A stretch of 64,000 nucleotides of DNA from Eledone cirrhosa. Lineage: Eukaryota. How positions within the stretch are numbered: the stretch's first letter is position 1; each line of letters begins with the position of its first letter. Under the pieces are notes generated by a model. It worked only from the letters and a program-made list of their open reading frames with translations, was not told where the DNA came from and made no database searches. Positions 36,801-49,952 of this stretch are shown here, in pieces. A program made the translations under genes and the position numbers. The DNA lies in contig OZ024740.1 of NCBI GenBank assembly GCA_964016885.1, forward strand, positions 385,702,001 to 385,766,000, given 5' to 3'.

Positions 36801-37714
36801 CCCCCAATGCCCAGCTGATATATATATTTATATTTAATAATTATACACATATATATATATAATAATAATATGGAGCAGGATTGATGTATCAATATAACAT
36901 GTTTTCACACATGACCTGCGTTTTGTGATCATCAGCTCAAGGTACAATTGTAGTGACCAGGCCTGACTCTAAAACTTATTGTACCATGAACTGATCAATA
37001 ACAAAGCTTGCATTACATGTGAATAAACGTAATGATGCTATATTGAAACTTTGTTCCTGCTCCTTATTATTATTATTAAAAGTACCAGTAATGCACTGGT
37101 ATAATTACTGGCCTTGTGCCAACAGTAGAAATAATAATTATTATTATTAACACTCTGCTTCTTAATGATACTGACTATGGTGAAATATCAAATGTGGAAT
37201 CCCACATCAGTAGCCAGATCCAAATATTAGCATTGAATACTCAATCTGGTGAAAAATTCAGTTACTAAATGTTACCCACCAATACACCATATATATAGAC
37301 AGTCGATCGACTTTTCATCAAATCGGACCGAGGAAACAATGTTTCCGTTGGTCTTTCCAATTGCTAATACTATCTGTCAGTTGCAACTCCAGGTAGAAGG
37401 AGCAATGTGAAATAAGGTGTCTTGCTCAAGGACATAATGCGTTGCCTGGTCCAGGAATCGAACTCACAACCTTACGATTGCAAATCCAATTCTCTAACCC
37501 CTCAGCCACGCAGCTATACATATACACATATATACATGCTTATATACATACACACACACATATATATATAGAGAGAGACACACATGTACACACATATATA
37601 GTAATAGATACACACAGATACATAAGTATATGTGTGTATGTGGTGTCCTGCCTTGACCAGTTTTGCTCGATGACCGAAAGAATTAAAATAATCAGTTAAT
37701 CAGACCTATTTATG

Positions 37715-38117
37715 AAATTATAAATGCGAGGAAAGAATAGACAAAGCTATACCTATTTTTTCTTCAAAGTCCTGGCTGCAGTTTTGCCGATTTGTCTGCA
37801 GCAATCATGCACCAGAAAAGTGCACCAGTGCTGTGAGGCTGTTGGCGTATCAAGACTATTTCTCGAGAGGGAGAAATTATCACATGATATAGCAGTCACA
37901 GAAGGGAGGAAAAGGCTGGACATTCGGTGAGTACAACATTTGCTAGAAAAAGCAGTCAGCACCTGCCTGTTTAACTCTACCATAAGTTCAACAGCCTCAC
38001 AGTACTGGTGCACTTTTCTGGTGCATGATTGCTGCAGACCAGTCGGCGAAACTGCAGTCAAGATTTGAAGAAAGAATAAGTATAGTCTTGTCTATTCTTT
38101 CCTTGCATTTATAATTT
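37715..38117. repeat. Inverted repeat, about 130 bp arms (37715-37844, 37989-38117)
   Basis: TCTGCAGCAATCATGCACCAGAAAAGTGCACCAGT.CTGTGAGGCTGTTG and its reverse complement. Confidence 0.92.
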
Positions 38118-40323
38118 GATATATAATATATATATATATGTTTTTTTTTTTTTTTTTTTTTTTTCATAAAATTGTAGGGAACTCAAAATGTAGAAATAGC
38201 TGTAAAACAACTGGCTGCTATGATGGTCATAGCAATGAGTTGTCATAAACAAAAACCCTTAATTAATGAAAGGAATAGAGATATGGCATATGATGATAGA
38301 TGGGAGAGAGAGAGAGGGTGAGAAAGAGAAAGAGAAAAAAAGAGGGAATGAAAGTGATAGAGCATATAATGTTGACGTGGGATAACAAATGAAGAGCCAG
38401 AATTGAGAAATTGCATAATGATAATAGGTTTTGGTGTAATGCCATGTCAGCCCTGATTAAGCATTCCAATGATAATTCATCACATATTTCTTTTTCTTTA
38501 GTCCTAGGTTATATGTATGGTGGAGTCATAGGGACACCTTAGTGGCATACAATATTTCTTGGTCATTTTATTTTAAGCCTGTCAGATCCTCTCTCCTCTC
38601 CTGGTCAAAATACAACTGGTTTCTTCTAGAGAAGGAAGGACTTAGAAAGAGAGAGTGATAGATAGAAAGTGAGAAAGAGATATACTGAAATAATATAGCC
38701 AAGTACTAGATGGAATGTTACTTTTTGTATCAACCTTGAAAGGATGAAAGGTAAAGTTGACCTCATCTGGTTTTAAATTCAGAGCACAGTGAGCCTAAAT
38801 GAATGCTGCAATGCATTCTATCTGACATTCTGATCACTCAGCCAATTCACTGCTTTATAAGTTATATAGGACTACATTGATCAATGTATCCTTCTTTTTT
38901 TTAAGACAGTAGAATATATTCTAGGGGAGATTTAGATACTATTTCCAGCAGGTTAAGTGATAACATAAAATCCCTTGTTGGTTCATATGACTATTATGTT
39001 ATGAGAAAATGTAATTTTGATATTAACATGGAATAATATGCATAATTCTGTTGTAATGCCAAGCATGGAGAGGTTGTGGAATATCATCTATAAAGCCATA
39101 TATCTTGTAAGTTGTTAAATGATATGCAAACTTGGCATCCTTGAGTACTAATTTATCATCCATCATTTCATATTGCTAACAAATGTGTTGAAATGTTTAT
39201 TCTTTGATTAGTTGATACAAAACATGCAAAGGATTTTGTATTTCTTGTTACAAACAGACCTATGATCAAAGCTATTCCAACTGTTGTCAAACTTTCTGTA
39301 TATAACAATGACTACTTTGTCCTGTGTATCCTTCCTTTTTCAATGTGCTAAGGAAAAGATTATATGCTATTTCTAATGAGTCGAGTAACCACATTTAGGC
39401 TTATTTTATGATGTGAAGTACGTCTCTTTTATATTTTGTTTATAATATATTTTTAAAAGGTTAGTCTTTCCCAAAACTAGAAGCTCATCAAACCAGAACT
39501 TATCCTAGTTCCTTTGATGTCAAGTGACTGAGAATATAAGATAGGATACCAGTCCATCACAAGATTAGCCCTCAGCAGCTGCTGCTACTGAATTTACTGG
39601 AACATAAAATGAAGATTTTTGCTCAAGAACACAACATGTCAGCCAGTCCAGGAATTAAATACACAACATTATGATCATAAGCCCAAAACTCTAACCATAA
39701 GGCTGCATTTCTTCACATTTTTAATACTTTTTAGTACTACGTAAATTGAAAGTAAAGGTCATATATCCTGTCGCAAAGTACACAAAGGCAGTAAACTATT
39801 GTTTCACTAAATCTTATGTTTCTCAGTTTGATACTTTTTTTCTTGTAACCAATGATAAAACACTGAAGTTTCAGTGTGATTGACTTGCCTGAAATTACAA
39901 CATAATACTAGTCAATCAACTAAATGACTTTTTAGCAATATGGTGTGGAGTAATCAAGTTCAGCAAATAAGATGATAATTATAAAACCAATATCGCACTT
40001 ACTGGTTCTTAATTAGCAGTAGAGAAGTTCACCCAAATAGCATTTGCTATACTATAATATTAATGAAAGTAGTAAAGTGTTGTTATCACAAAACAAAATG
40101 TGGCACATGATAAACATTGTCCAAAGTTCTCACTATTCTGTCTATGGTGTTAAGGTTATAATAAAGCAGTGTTCATGAATATTAATATAAGTGTATGCAC
40201 ACGCTCATGTGTAAATATATATACATATAAGTATACATATATATATATATATATAAGTATATATGTATACACACGCACACACATACATATATGTGTGTGT
40301 GTATATATATGTATATATATATA

Positions 40324-40973
40324 CAAGCATTAAAGCTCGGCGTTACTCGGGGTCAGTAAGTTACCAAATTTAGGTTGCACCACCCATTTAATGGCAGCAC
40401 TATTTTGTCTGCCAGGCACTGGGTGAATGAATTGCAGACCTGGACTGCCGAAGCAGGAGCTGTACCAGCAGTGACAATTGTAGTTTCGCCTATGGATATT
40501 ATCTCTGTGCAAAGAAGTGTTGAAATTTATTGTTTCACACTACTTGCGCAACACGCGCGTAGACGATGCCAGCCGAACAACAGAGCTGCGATGGAGTTGT
40601 TCTGCATGGTTGTCTAATGTGTGTTTTCTAAATTTAAGACAGTAGGGAAGGGTGTGATATGGAGGAGAGTTAGCTGCTGTTTCTAGCAGGTTTAGTGACC
40701 TCACAGAGGATATATGTTTTCTAAATTTAAGACATTAGGGAGGGGTGTGATATGGGGGAGAGTTAGCTGCTGTTTCTAGCAGGTTTAGTGACCTCATAGA
40801 GGATATTGTGTATAGTAAATAAACTGATACTTCTTTCTTCCAAGTTCGTTGAGAGATGTTTTAAAAAAGATTTATCGCTATTTTTTTTGTTGAATAAATT
40901 TATCTTTTGAATAATTGTTGTTTCGACTCAAAAACAAACGTTCTCCCTCTCACTCTCTCTCTCTCTCACTCTC

Positions 40974-41026
<53 letters not shown>

Positions 41027-41342
41027 TCTCTCTTCGACGTTCCTAAAGGAAGTTTGTAAGTTTAAGCGTATATGAGAAAGTTACAGCATGTATGTAGTTT
41101 TATCGAATTTTAAGGGGAGTGGAGGTAATCAGATTGTATTAGAGGGGTAAAGCGTCATGTATTTAGTTTTATCGATTATTTCTGTAATTGTGGGTGAGTT
41201 TGAATGAAATAAATAGTCGTTGACCTAAGTTACAACCATTTACAACATTCTTATAGACTTTGAGTCGAATCGGTTTGAAATTTTGCAAATGTATAAACAT
41301 GGAACATGCACACACACACAACAACAATCTGCCTTTTATAGA
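40324..41342 (-). mobile_element. Non-autonomous Helitron-like element
   Basis: Minus strand begins A|TCTATAAAAGGC, then (GT)n and AAACCGATTCGACTCAAA; ends with CCCGAGTAACGCCGAG (degenerate hairpin) and CTTG|T (CTRR-like). Contains a 93 bp tandem duplication (40622-40806) and a (CT)n tract. Confidence 0.62.
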
Positions 41343-41346
41343 TAAT

Positions 41347-41525
41347 TATTTCTACTTTTGGCACAAGGCCAGCAATTACCCAGTGTATTACTGGTACTTT
41401 ATTTTATCGACCCAGTAAGGATGAAAGGCAAAGTTAACCTTAGCAGGATTTGAACTCAGACCGTAAAGGGACGTAACTGTGCTAGAAAGCATGGCGCCCA
41501 GCCCTCTACCAATATTGCCAATTCA
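41347..41525 (-). mobile_element. SINE family A copy flanked by 18 bp direct repeat
   Basis: CTGCCTTTTATAGATAAT at 41329-41346 and 41526-41543 (probable target-site duplication, partly overlapping the SINE head). Confidence 0.85.
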
Positions 41526-42151
41526 CTGCCTTTTATAGATAATGATATATATACACACACAGAGTATAATGGCTTCATTTCAGTTTCAAGAATTACCATT
41601 CCTGGACCTTTTCTCATACATTGGTGGCACAAACATGACTTTTTAGCCATATTAAAGACTTAGATTCCTTTCTGCATATGCTATAGTAAAAGAAAAATGT
41701 TGTCCAGATGAAGTGATGCCTCTGCTTGAAGCTTTAAGTTGAATAAGGCCTTGCATTGGACCAATCTCACTCTCTGAATAATGACGAGATTTCTAAAACG
41801 AAGAACAGATCAATATCATTGGCTGCCATTGAGTCACAGGTTTTATAACAGAGTTTTCCTTCTCCTAGAATGATATCCTAACAAGAACTAGGGGCCTCTC
41901 ACTCCCAAAGAGCTAACCATGGGCTCGGAAACAAAACTGAGTATAAATAGTACATATGTATTTGTGTGTGAGTGTAGACTGACTCAATAAAAACTGGCTC
42001 CATTTTTATTTTTGTCTACATTATTCAGTTTTTTATAAAAACTGATGAAGCCCCTTATTTATATACATGTTCAGTGTTTCTGAAGAAGGCAGCTGATCGA
42101 AAAGGAATTTCATAACTAGAAATAGGTAGTTGCCTAACCACTACCATGCTG

Positions 42152-42367
42152 GTTGAGGGGGTAAAGTGAAGTGAGAGATACATAGCAAAGAGGAAGCAGT
42201 AAGAAACAAAGACGGGTCATAGCGGAGGGAAATATATATGTGAATATGAAAACATGGCGTGCTGCGTGGTTGCAAATGGGTTACATATGAATAAATTTAC
42301 CCATCTGTTTCTTTCTTACTGCTTCCTCTTTTCTCTGTATCTTTCACTTCCCTTTACCCCCTCTAAC
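42152..42367. repeat. Inverted repeat, about 66 bp purine/pyrimidine arms, about 80 bp spacer
   Basis: GAGGGGGTAAAGTGAAGTGAGAGATACA..AAAGAGGAAGCAGTAAGAAA..GACGGGT versus ACCCATC..TTTCTTACTGCTTCCTCTTT..TGTATCTTTCACTTCCCTTTACCCCCTC. Confidence 0.88.
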
Positions 42368-42433
42368 AGTCACTCTCTCTGTTAGCCTCTTCCTCACCTT
42401 TCCCTCACTCACTCTCTGCTACTCCCTCTCCTA

Positions 42434-42828
42434 CTTCCTCCCGTTTGACCTGTGCGAAATTCTTTCCTCACGCACACTTTGACCAGGACGGTTGTTCTTC
42501 ATTCTCTCTCGTCTACGATTTCACAGAACTTATGTTCACCGAATTCAGGGACTTGACTCCTTCTTCCTCCCGTTTGATCTGTGCGAAATTCTTTCCTTGC
42601 TCACATTTTGACCAGGTTTGATGGTCTTTATTCTCTCTCGTCCATGTTTTCACAGAACTTATGTTCACCGACTTCAGGGACTAGACTCCTTCTTCCTCCC
42701 GTTTGACCTGTGCGAAATTCTTTCCTTGCTCACATTTTGACCAGGTTTGATGGTCTTTATTCTCTCTCGTCCACGTTTTCACAGAACTTATGTTCATCGA
42801 TTTCAGGGACTTGACTCCTTCTTCCTCA
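42434..42828. repeat. 129 bp tandem repeat, three copies
   Basis: CCGTTTGA.CTGTGCGAAATTCTTTCC at 42441, 42570, 42699. Confidence 0.93.
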
Positions 42829-43389
42829 CTTTTCGTTGCATTACCATCTTTGATTGTTTACAGTCTCGCTCATTCCCCTTATTTACATGTCCCAACGACT
42901 TTCTTTACCCGTTGCTCGCACCAACCAGAGGTATATGGTCATTAAAGCGATGAAATACCAATGAAGGTTGGAAGATCACTGATGAAGGACTAAATTTATT
43001 CATATATATATATATATATATGTGTGTGTATGTATATATGTGTGTGTGTATATATGTATTATATGTATATGTGTATATATTTATGTGTGTGTGTATATAT
43101 ATTACCATCATCATCATTTCATGTCCATTCTTCCACGCTAGCATGGGTTAGACGGGTTCTCCTGTTGTGGGCAGCGCCTGGTCAGCTGACCTTGTCTTGC
43201 ACATGCAGAACTGGTTTTGGCTTGGTTTTTACAGCTGGTTGCCCTTCCTAACACCAACCTCATTTACAGTGAGTGCTGGGTGCTTTTTTTCCATGGCACC
43301 TACACGTCCACTTTACAGTGGGAGGGTGTGGGGGTATATTGTCTATATGCTTCAGCTTCGGCTTGTACCAGTGGGGGGGTTGAGTCTTC

Positions 43390-44227
43390 TGTATTACTGC
43401 GTGACGCCAGAGGTCACGGTCATGTGTCATCGCCTTTGAGAGGTGTAATTGAGTAAGGTCGGCTTTTATCACCAGGTCTTCTTGGGTCTCCCCACTCCGC
43501 GGTTTCCATCGACTTCTAGTGCTCTGCACCTTTTTATGCAGCTGTCATCCTTCATACGCATCACATGTCCATACCAATGCAACCGCCTCTCCTGCACACA
43601 GCATTTGATTCCTCTTATGTTCAGTCTCTCACAATTCATTTATGCTTTGCCGTTTGCGTATATTACTATTACACATCCATCGGAGCATGCAGGCTTCGTT
43701 TCTTTCTAATCTACGCAAGTCTTCCACAGTCAGCATCCAGGTTTCACTACCATGTAATATTGCTGTTCGTATACACGCATCATACAGTCAGCCTTTCATT
43801 TTGAGGGAAAAGCCTTTTTCAGCTGTGACAGTAGTTCCCTGAACTTCTTCCACCCTACTTATTGTACTTTCCGAACACCCACCTCCGCTGCTAATTCGGT
43901 CACCTAGGTAGCAGAAGCTGTCTACTGTTTCTACAGAGCCCTCCCAGAAATTGGTGGTACTTGTTTCCTGTGGCTGTTTGCTGCTTGCTGTCTCAGCACA
44001 GCTGCTACATGTGAAGCCTACATTCTTAGTTAAGCTTCCTGAGATCCCGCTACATCACTTGTTTGCATTTGGGGCAGAGAATGGAGTTCCTACCTACACC
44101 TTTCCAACATACCGAGCAAGGCCATTTGCCTGAGGGGATCTGGGTTCTGTTTTCTCGTCTACTTACAAGGACCTTAATGTTTGTCAGGTTGACTTTGAGA
44201 CCCTTTCTTTCTAGTCCTTGCTTCCAA
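43390..44227 (-). mobile_element. RTE-clade LINE 3' fragment, degenerate
   Basis: WKQGLERKGLKVNL..KVLV, WPCSVCWKGVGRNSILCPKC, VDSFCYLGD, and C-terminal ADL...AMTHDRDLWRHAV. Confidence 0.85.
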
Positions 44228-47200
44228 GTATGTATTATATGTATATGTGTGTGCGTATATATAAATATGTACACATATGAAAGAGCAAGAGGAAGAAAGA
44301 ATAAAAGAGATGTGGTGTCCATGCATGAGTCACTTCATGGCAAATTTCCAAAAGGATAAATATTAGCATTAGACATTACGAAATTAGAACATAAAGTTCT
44401 TCCAGCAAAAAGCTCCACATAAGGCTTGATAATCCCCACAAAAATATTCTCTTATCATCTATTGTAGAAAGTTAATTAATGTCCCTTGACTAGCACAAAT
44501 GATACTACAATGTGTATTTATAATATACATCATGTAATTCCATGTAACAGTCTGTATAACAAAAACAGCAATTAGTGTAGATTACAACATGCAAACAACT
44601 TTCTATTCTATAGTATAATTATCCATGAAGCTAATGAGTTTAGAAATGTATGAGGGCAGTAAAATTAGCTTATAAATGATATAGTGACCCCTATCTGTCA
44701 TGATCATGAGTTTATACCTAGAAAATTTCCCTCTCTGGCAGAAGCCTGGGTAAGGTTGTCAAAACCATCAGTTGCCTATGCATACCAGTTCCTCCACACC
44801 ACACTTATCACTGGTGTTTCCAAAGGAAAGGTAAAGACTGATACAGTTTGGCACCAGTGGTATCACAACTCATTTTTCCCCAGCTAAGTGAACTGGAGCA
44901 ACATGAAATCAAGTATCTTGCTCAAAGACACCCAATCCAGGAATTGAACTCACATTATGATTGTGAGTCCAACATTTTAACCACTAAGCTTTCAGTCTAT
45001 GGAGTATTCCACTGAGAAGTCAGTTCGTTATTGGTGAATACCTCTTGTCACAGTTCCAATAAGGAATTTGCTAGTTTAATCTAAAGCTTATTATCAGCTA
45101 GTCATCAACCACAAGCACTTACTAAAGGCCTAGGTGATTTGATATAATGTTATGGCATATTAGTACCATGGCTAATTGATCTCTGAAAATTGAAGTAAAA
45201 GATGATATGTCAAATAGCTTGTAGGATGTGAGACCAAGTGAAAAAGAGGTCAATACACGAGCTATTGTGACAAGTAGTGTTAATATGTCTCTTCATTTGA
45301 GTCAAGAAGAAATCAGCACTGATGTTAAACTTGAGAATATCAGTTATTACAAAGATCATTGAATATGACAGCATAAAAACCCGATTCAGAGTCAATGGTC
45401 ATTGACTGTATGAGAGAATTGGAGTTTAATTAGTTACCAAAAGTTTTACTGTTGAAGGAGCTGATTTATCATATGGCTTAAATAATTCCTTATATGTACA
45501 TGTCCATTGTCTGTAGCATAATATAGCCAACTGGTTGTATTGCTACTAGAAGTGGTGGTCACCTTAGCATCCTGGTGTTGTTATCCAGCAGTCCTTATGG
45601 TTGTGGTGGTGTGTGAATATAGAAATCTGCAATGTTTGAAATTTAATCGTACCTTTAGTCTTGTATCACCAATAATTTCTGTGAGATATGGGAAACATCC
45701 CCCAAATTGCAACATCTGGCTGACATCTTTGATTAAAAAAACTGTCTCGCTAGATGAAGGTAGTTTCTCCCAGTGACGTTCTAAGTAGATCCACATACTA
45801 TATCTTGTTTGTGAGATTGGTGAGATACTCAATAGAAATCTCCTTTGAAGTGTATGTGAGGATGAATTTCACATTTGTTTGTTTTCTTTGAAGAAACTAC
45901 TCTTCCAAAATGTTATCCTTCAATATATATTTTCCCAACAATTGTCCCATCAATAGTTGCTTTAATCATTACTGTTCTGAAAAAGAAGAATATGTGATAA
46001 GTCTACCTTAAACTCATTGTAGCAATTATTGTCAGGGAAGAAATGGGCTAGTCTTGGACTCTGTGGGCTATGTCAGACTGCAATGAACCAACCCCATCTG
46101 CAAACCTGGTGTCTTGTGAAATGATATTCCACGTAATATGAATTGTCCTATTTGAGCAAACCATTAAATAGGATAATTCAGCCAATAAAGGGATAATTTT
46201 AGGCTAACTGCAATAATGGATGTAAATTCTAAGATTGTAAGTAGAGATGGGCAGCTAGATGTATGAGCTGGATGTTTATTTTCCATGGTGGTTAAAATTT
46301 AATGACCTATGACAATGTCTCTATCATTTCAGATCACATCACATCAATGTTGCTAATATTAGTAATATAGTGACAGTTAAGTTCAATAAATAATATAACA
46401 GCTATAAAACCAATATCACTAGCAGAGGAGTAGCTCAGGAAATAGTGTTTACTTTAATCTTAACCATGACAGCAAATTGGCAGACTTGTTAGAATGTTGA
46501 ATAGAATGCTTTGTGGTATTTGTTCTTGCTCTCTGCAAATCCAACCGAGGTCGACTTTGTTTTTCATCCCTTCAAGGAGGTGGTCAATTCTTTCTCTACA
46601 TATTCTTCATCACTTCCTCTCTCTCTCACTTTCTCCTCTAGAAGAAACTGACAAGTATGGATTTTGCCAGGTTTCAATTGCTTAAGAGTTACAGGTCATA
46701 CATACATAATGTTGACCAGAAATTAAAATATTGGTATCCCAAAACCAAATTGCATGATGCATGACAAACTGTGACCAAAGTTCTTACTATTAGATGCATC
46801 TGCCTGTGGTATTCAGGCTACAATAAAACAGTATTTATATATTTGTCTACTGCTAAGTTACTTCCTAGTTCATGTTCAAAAGTGTAAATATAACACTGAA
46901 TGTTCCAAAAATAACATATGATGTTCTAACAGAAATGGTGCTCTTATGGCTTGATAATCCCTATGAAAACCGTGACATGATGTCTGTTGTAAAAAGTTAA
47001 TTAATGTTTCTTGGTTGGCACAAGAGATGATATTGTCTGTATTTGTAATAGAGTTAGCACAAGTGATGATACAGCCTGTATTTATAATAGACAACACGTA
47101 ATGTTAGTTTGCGTGTATACAGTAAATGGTAGACAGTGTAGTGTGACTGTTGGTAAAGTTAGTTGGTAAAGAAAAAGAAAAGTCTATCTTGATTTTCTTT

Positions 47201-49061
47201 CAAAATATCATAATTAGCTTAAAAATGGAATAATCTACAGAATTTTCCATTTCTGGTGACTATTCATGAGTTTTGATGGGGTTGAAATAAAAAATCTGTT
47301 GATTTAGTCTAGACTGTGATATTAGTGGCAAACAATAATAAAGGACTATACAATATTAAAGTTACAAACGTGTTTCCTAACACTGCAGTAGTTTGACTTT
47401 ATATAAGATATATAATATTGAATAAGCCAATATATAATCATCAACCATGATAATATATCATGTGTGTTTGTATCATCATCATCACCATTTAACATTCTAT
47501 TTTCTATACTTGCATGGGTTAGATAGGTTGTCACATTTTGAGGTTAGACTAATCAGGTGACCATGTTTGAATGTTTCATTTTGACTTGCTTTCTATGGCT
47601 GGATGTCCTTCCGAACACCAACCACTTTACAACTTGTGCATAACTTTTAAAAATTTACACTTACACACAAAGATTTCCTTTTTCAGTTATGTTATTACAA
47701 GAAGAAGTTCACTTTCCAGTCACAAATTCCTGGGTTCTAACCCTACATTTATCCCTGTACACAGTTATTTCTCCAAAGTTACTCATCCTGTATATCATTT
47801 GTACATACATGCTGAACATTTAGGCAATTATATCCTAGAAATAAACTATTAAAATATCATGTTTTATCTTTAATCACCTCTGTGTGTCAGTAATCAGCAT
47901 AAACTATGGGGTTTCTCTTATGTAAACTATTAATTTATCAAAACTCAAATTTTCGTGTGTGTAAGACTGTTCATATGTCTAATAATCCTGGTATATATGG
48001 CATAACAATCCTGGACTCCAAAAATTAAATATGTTCAATGCTATTGCCATCGTTATTGATGGGACTGGTCAATTAGTTAGATATAATTACAATAACTTAA
48101 AGATGCCAATAGAGGTTGTCATCTTCAACTCAATGAATAGTTAAAAGTTTAATTTGATAATGTGACTTGGCAACCCATAAAACGTGTTAAGGTTTTACAT
48201 TTTACTGAATAATGATTTTTTATTCAGGTACAAGGCCAGCAATCAGTGGGGAAAGGAAAGTTGATCATATTGATCCCAGTTCATGATTGGCACTTTATTT
48301 TATCGACCTTAGAAAGATGAAAAGAAAAGTTAAACTCTGCGGTATTTGAACTCAGAACATAAAGGGTCATAACTAAATGCTGCAATATCAGTAGTAGTGA
48401 AGTAAGGTTTGCTACACTACTAATTGTATGACTATGAGCACAAATCGTTTTGTAATTAATGGGTGTATAGTGTGTTTTAGAATAGGTACACTGTGCATGT
48501 TATTAAGATGTTAAAAAATATAACTTAATAAATATTCTTACATAAAAATTTGATGGAAAATGTTATATAGACATAATCACTTTAAACTAAACATTTTTAA
48601 TTCATAGAACTAAGAGAGGTTTTATGTGATTTGGTATTCAAAGAATGATGCTCAAAGAAAGTAGTGTATTCCAGGTGCAAAGATACTTAACTCTAAACTG
48701 TTAGTCTAACTTTGATGATTCACAAGAAATATACTGAAAGTAAATAGTAGCACTATGAAATTGGTGATATGTTGGCTTTCAGTGCCAAGATCACTTCTCT
48801 CAATTGGAAAACCTACATCCATGGACCCATAATTATATCCAGAAATAAATTTTATTTTCATCTGTTTAACATAATGAAATTTTGGAGTGGTAAGATGCCT
48901 CATTTATCATTGTGATTTAATGGTTTGTTCTCCCAGACTAATCAAAGTCATATTGAAAGGCTAAAGTGTCCTAATAAAGCACCAGTAATTTCTGTTTATA
49001 TATTGTAACTGTTTACCCACCCTGTTTCTATCTATCTACCTTTTTTTTTTCTCTATTCCAG

Positions 49062-49203
49062 TGCCTCCATTCATCGAAGCTGATAAAGTCAAGTTAAATC
49101 AAAATTATGGCCAGACAGAGCAGATACACTGCACTGCCTTTGGAACACCAAAACCTCACATTCAGTGGTACTTCAATGCTGAAGAGGTTACATCCTCTAA
49201 CAG
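49062..49203 (+). CDS. sdk: Sidekick-like protein exon, N-half of Ig domain 4
   Basis: T-rich tract + CCAG acceptor (49060-49061), AG|GTATTC donor at 49204, phase 1/2; VPPFIEADKVKLNQNYGQTEQIHCTAFGTPKPHIQWYFNAEEVTSSN. Confidence 0.9.
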
Positions 49204-49309
49204 GTATTCTTTTACATCACTACTTTATATTTATGTTAGATTTATAAATTTATTATATATACTTGGCATGTGGCAGATGCACAGGAATCATGTCTAGTAA
49301 GAACAGCAG

Positions 49310-49952
49310 TGAAATTAGCCTTTTCCAATCTCAGGAAGGCACCATAGAAGTAGTTGATAGTTTCTGTTACTTAGGTGGCTTAATTAGCAGTGGGGAGGTG
49401 CTTTGAAAGCATAGTAACTAGAATAAGAACAGGCTGGAAAATGTTCCGGGGAGCTACTACCTCTGTTGGTAATAAAGAGATTTCCTCTACAAGCAAAAGG
49501 TATATTGTATTATGCTTGCATGAGATGTGATATTGCATGGCAGTGAAATATGGACAGTAAATGCAGTGCACATATGAAGACTGGAGAAAGATGAAGCAAG
49601 CATGCTTTATTAGATGTGCATGAATGACAGGGCATGGATGAATTGAGAGAGAAGCTGAGTATAAGAGGAATCAGATGTAGTGTTCAAGAGAGAAGATTGC
49701 ACTGGTTTTGACATTTGATGCATATGGATAAGGAAATTAGAGTGAAGAGGTCCCTGGTGATGCCAATGGAAGAAAGCTGCAGTAGAGGGAGATTGAGACA
49801 GACCTGGGCAAATATTGCTAGAGATGATCTCAAAACGCTGAATCTCACAAGAAATGATGAAGAAACAATGTGAGTGTAGAGAAGCTGTGCCGGAGATGAC
49901 CCTTCCAACCTATGCAAGAATGCAAAAGTAGATATAAAATGATGATGATGAT
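49310..49952 (+). mobile_element. RTE-clade LINE 3' fragment
   Basis: Remnants of IEVVDSFCYLG, RIRTGWKMFRELL, LHWF; (GAT)n tail. Confidence 0.75.

Noticed and set aside
42042-42130. CTGATGA and CTGAAGA...GAAA as hammerheads
   Set aside because: No convincing helix II, helix III or cleavage triplet with helix I.
45200-46300. Possible decayed LTR-retrotransposon coding sequence
   Set aside because: No diagnostic RT, RNase H or integrase motif could be read with confidence.
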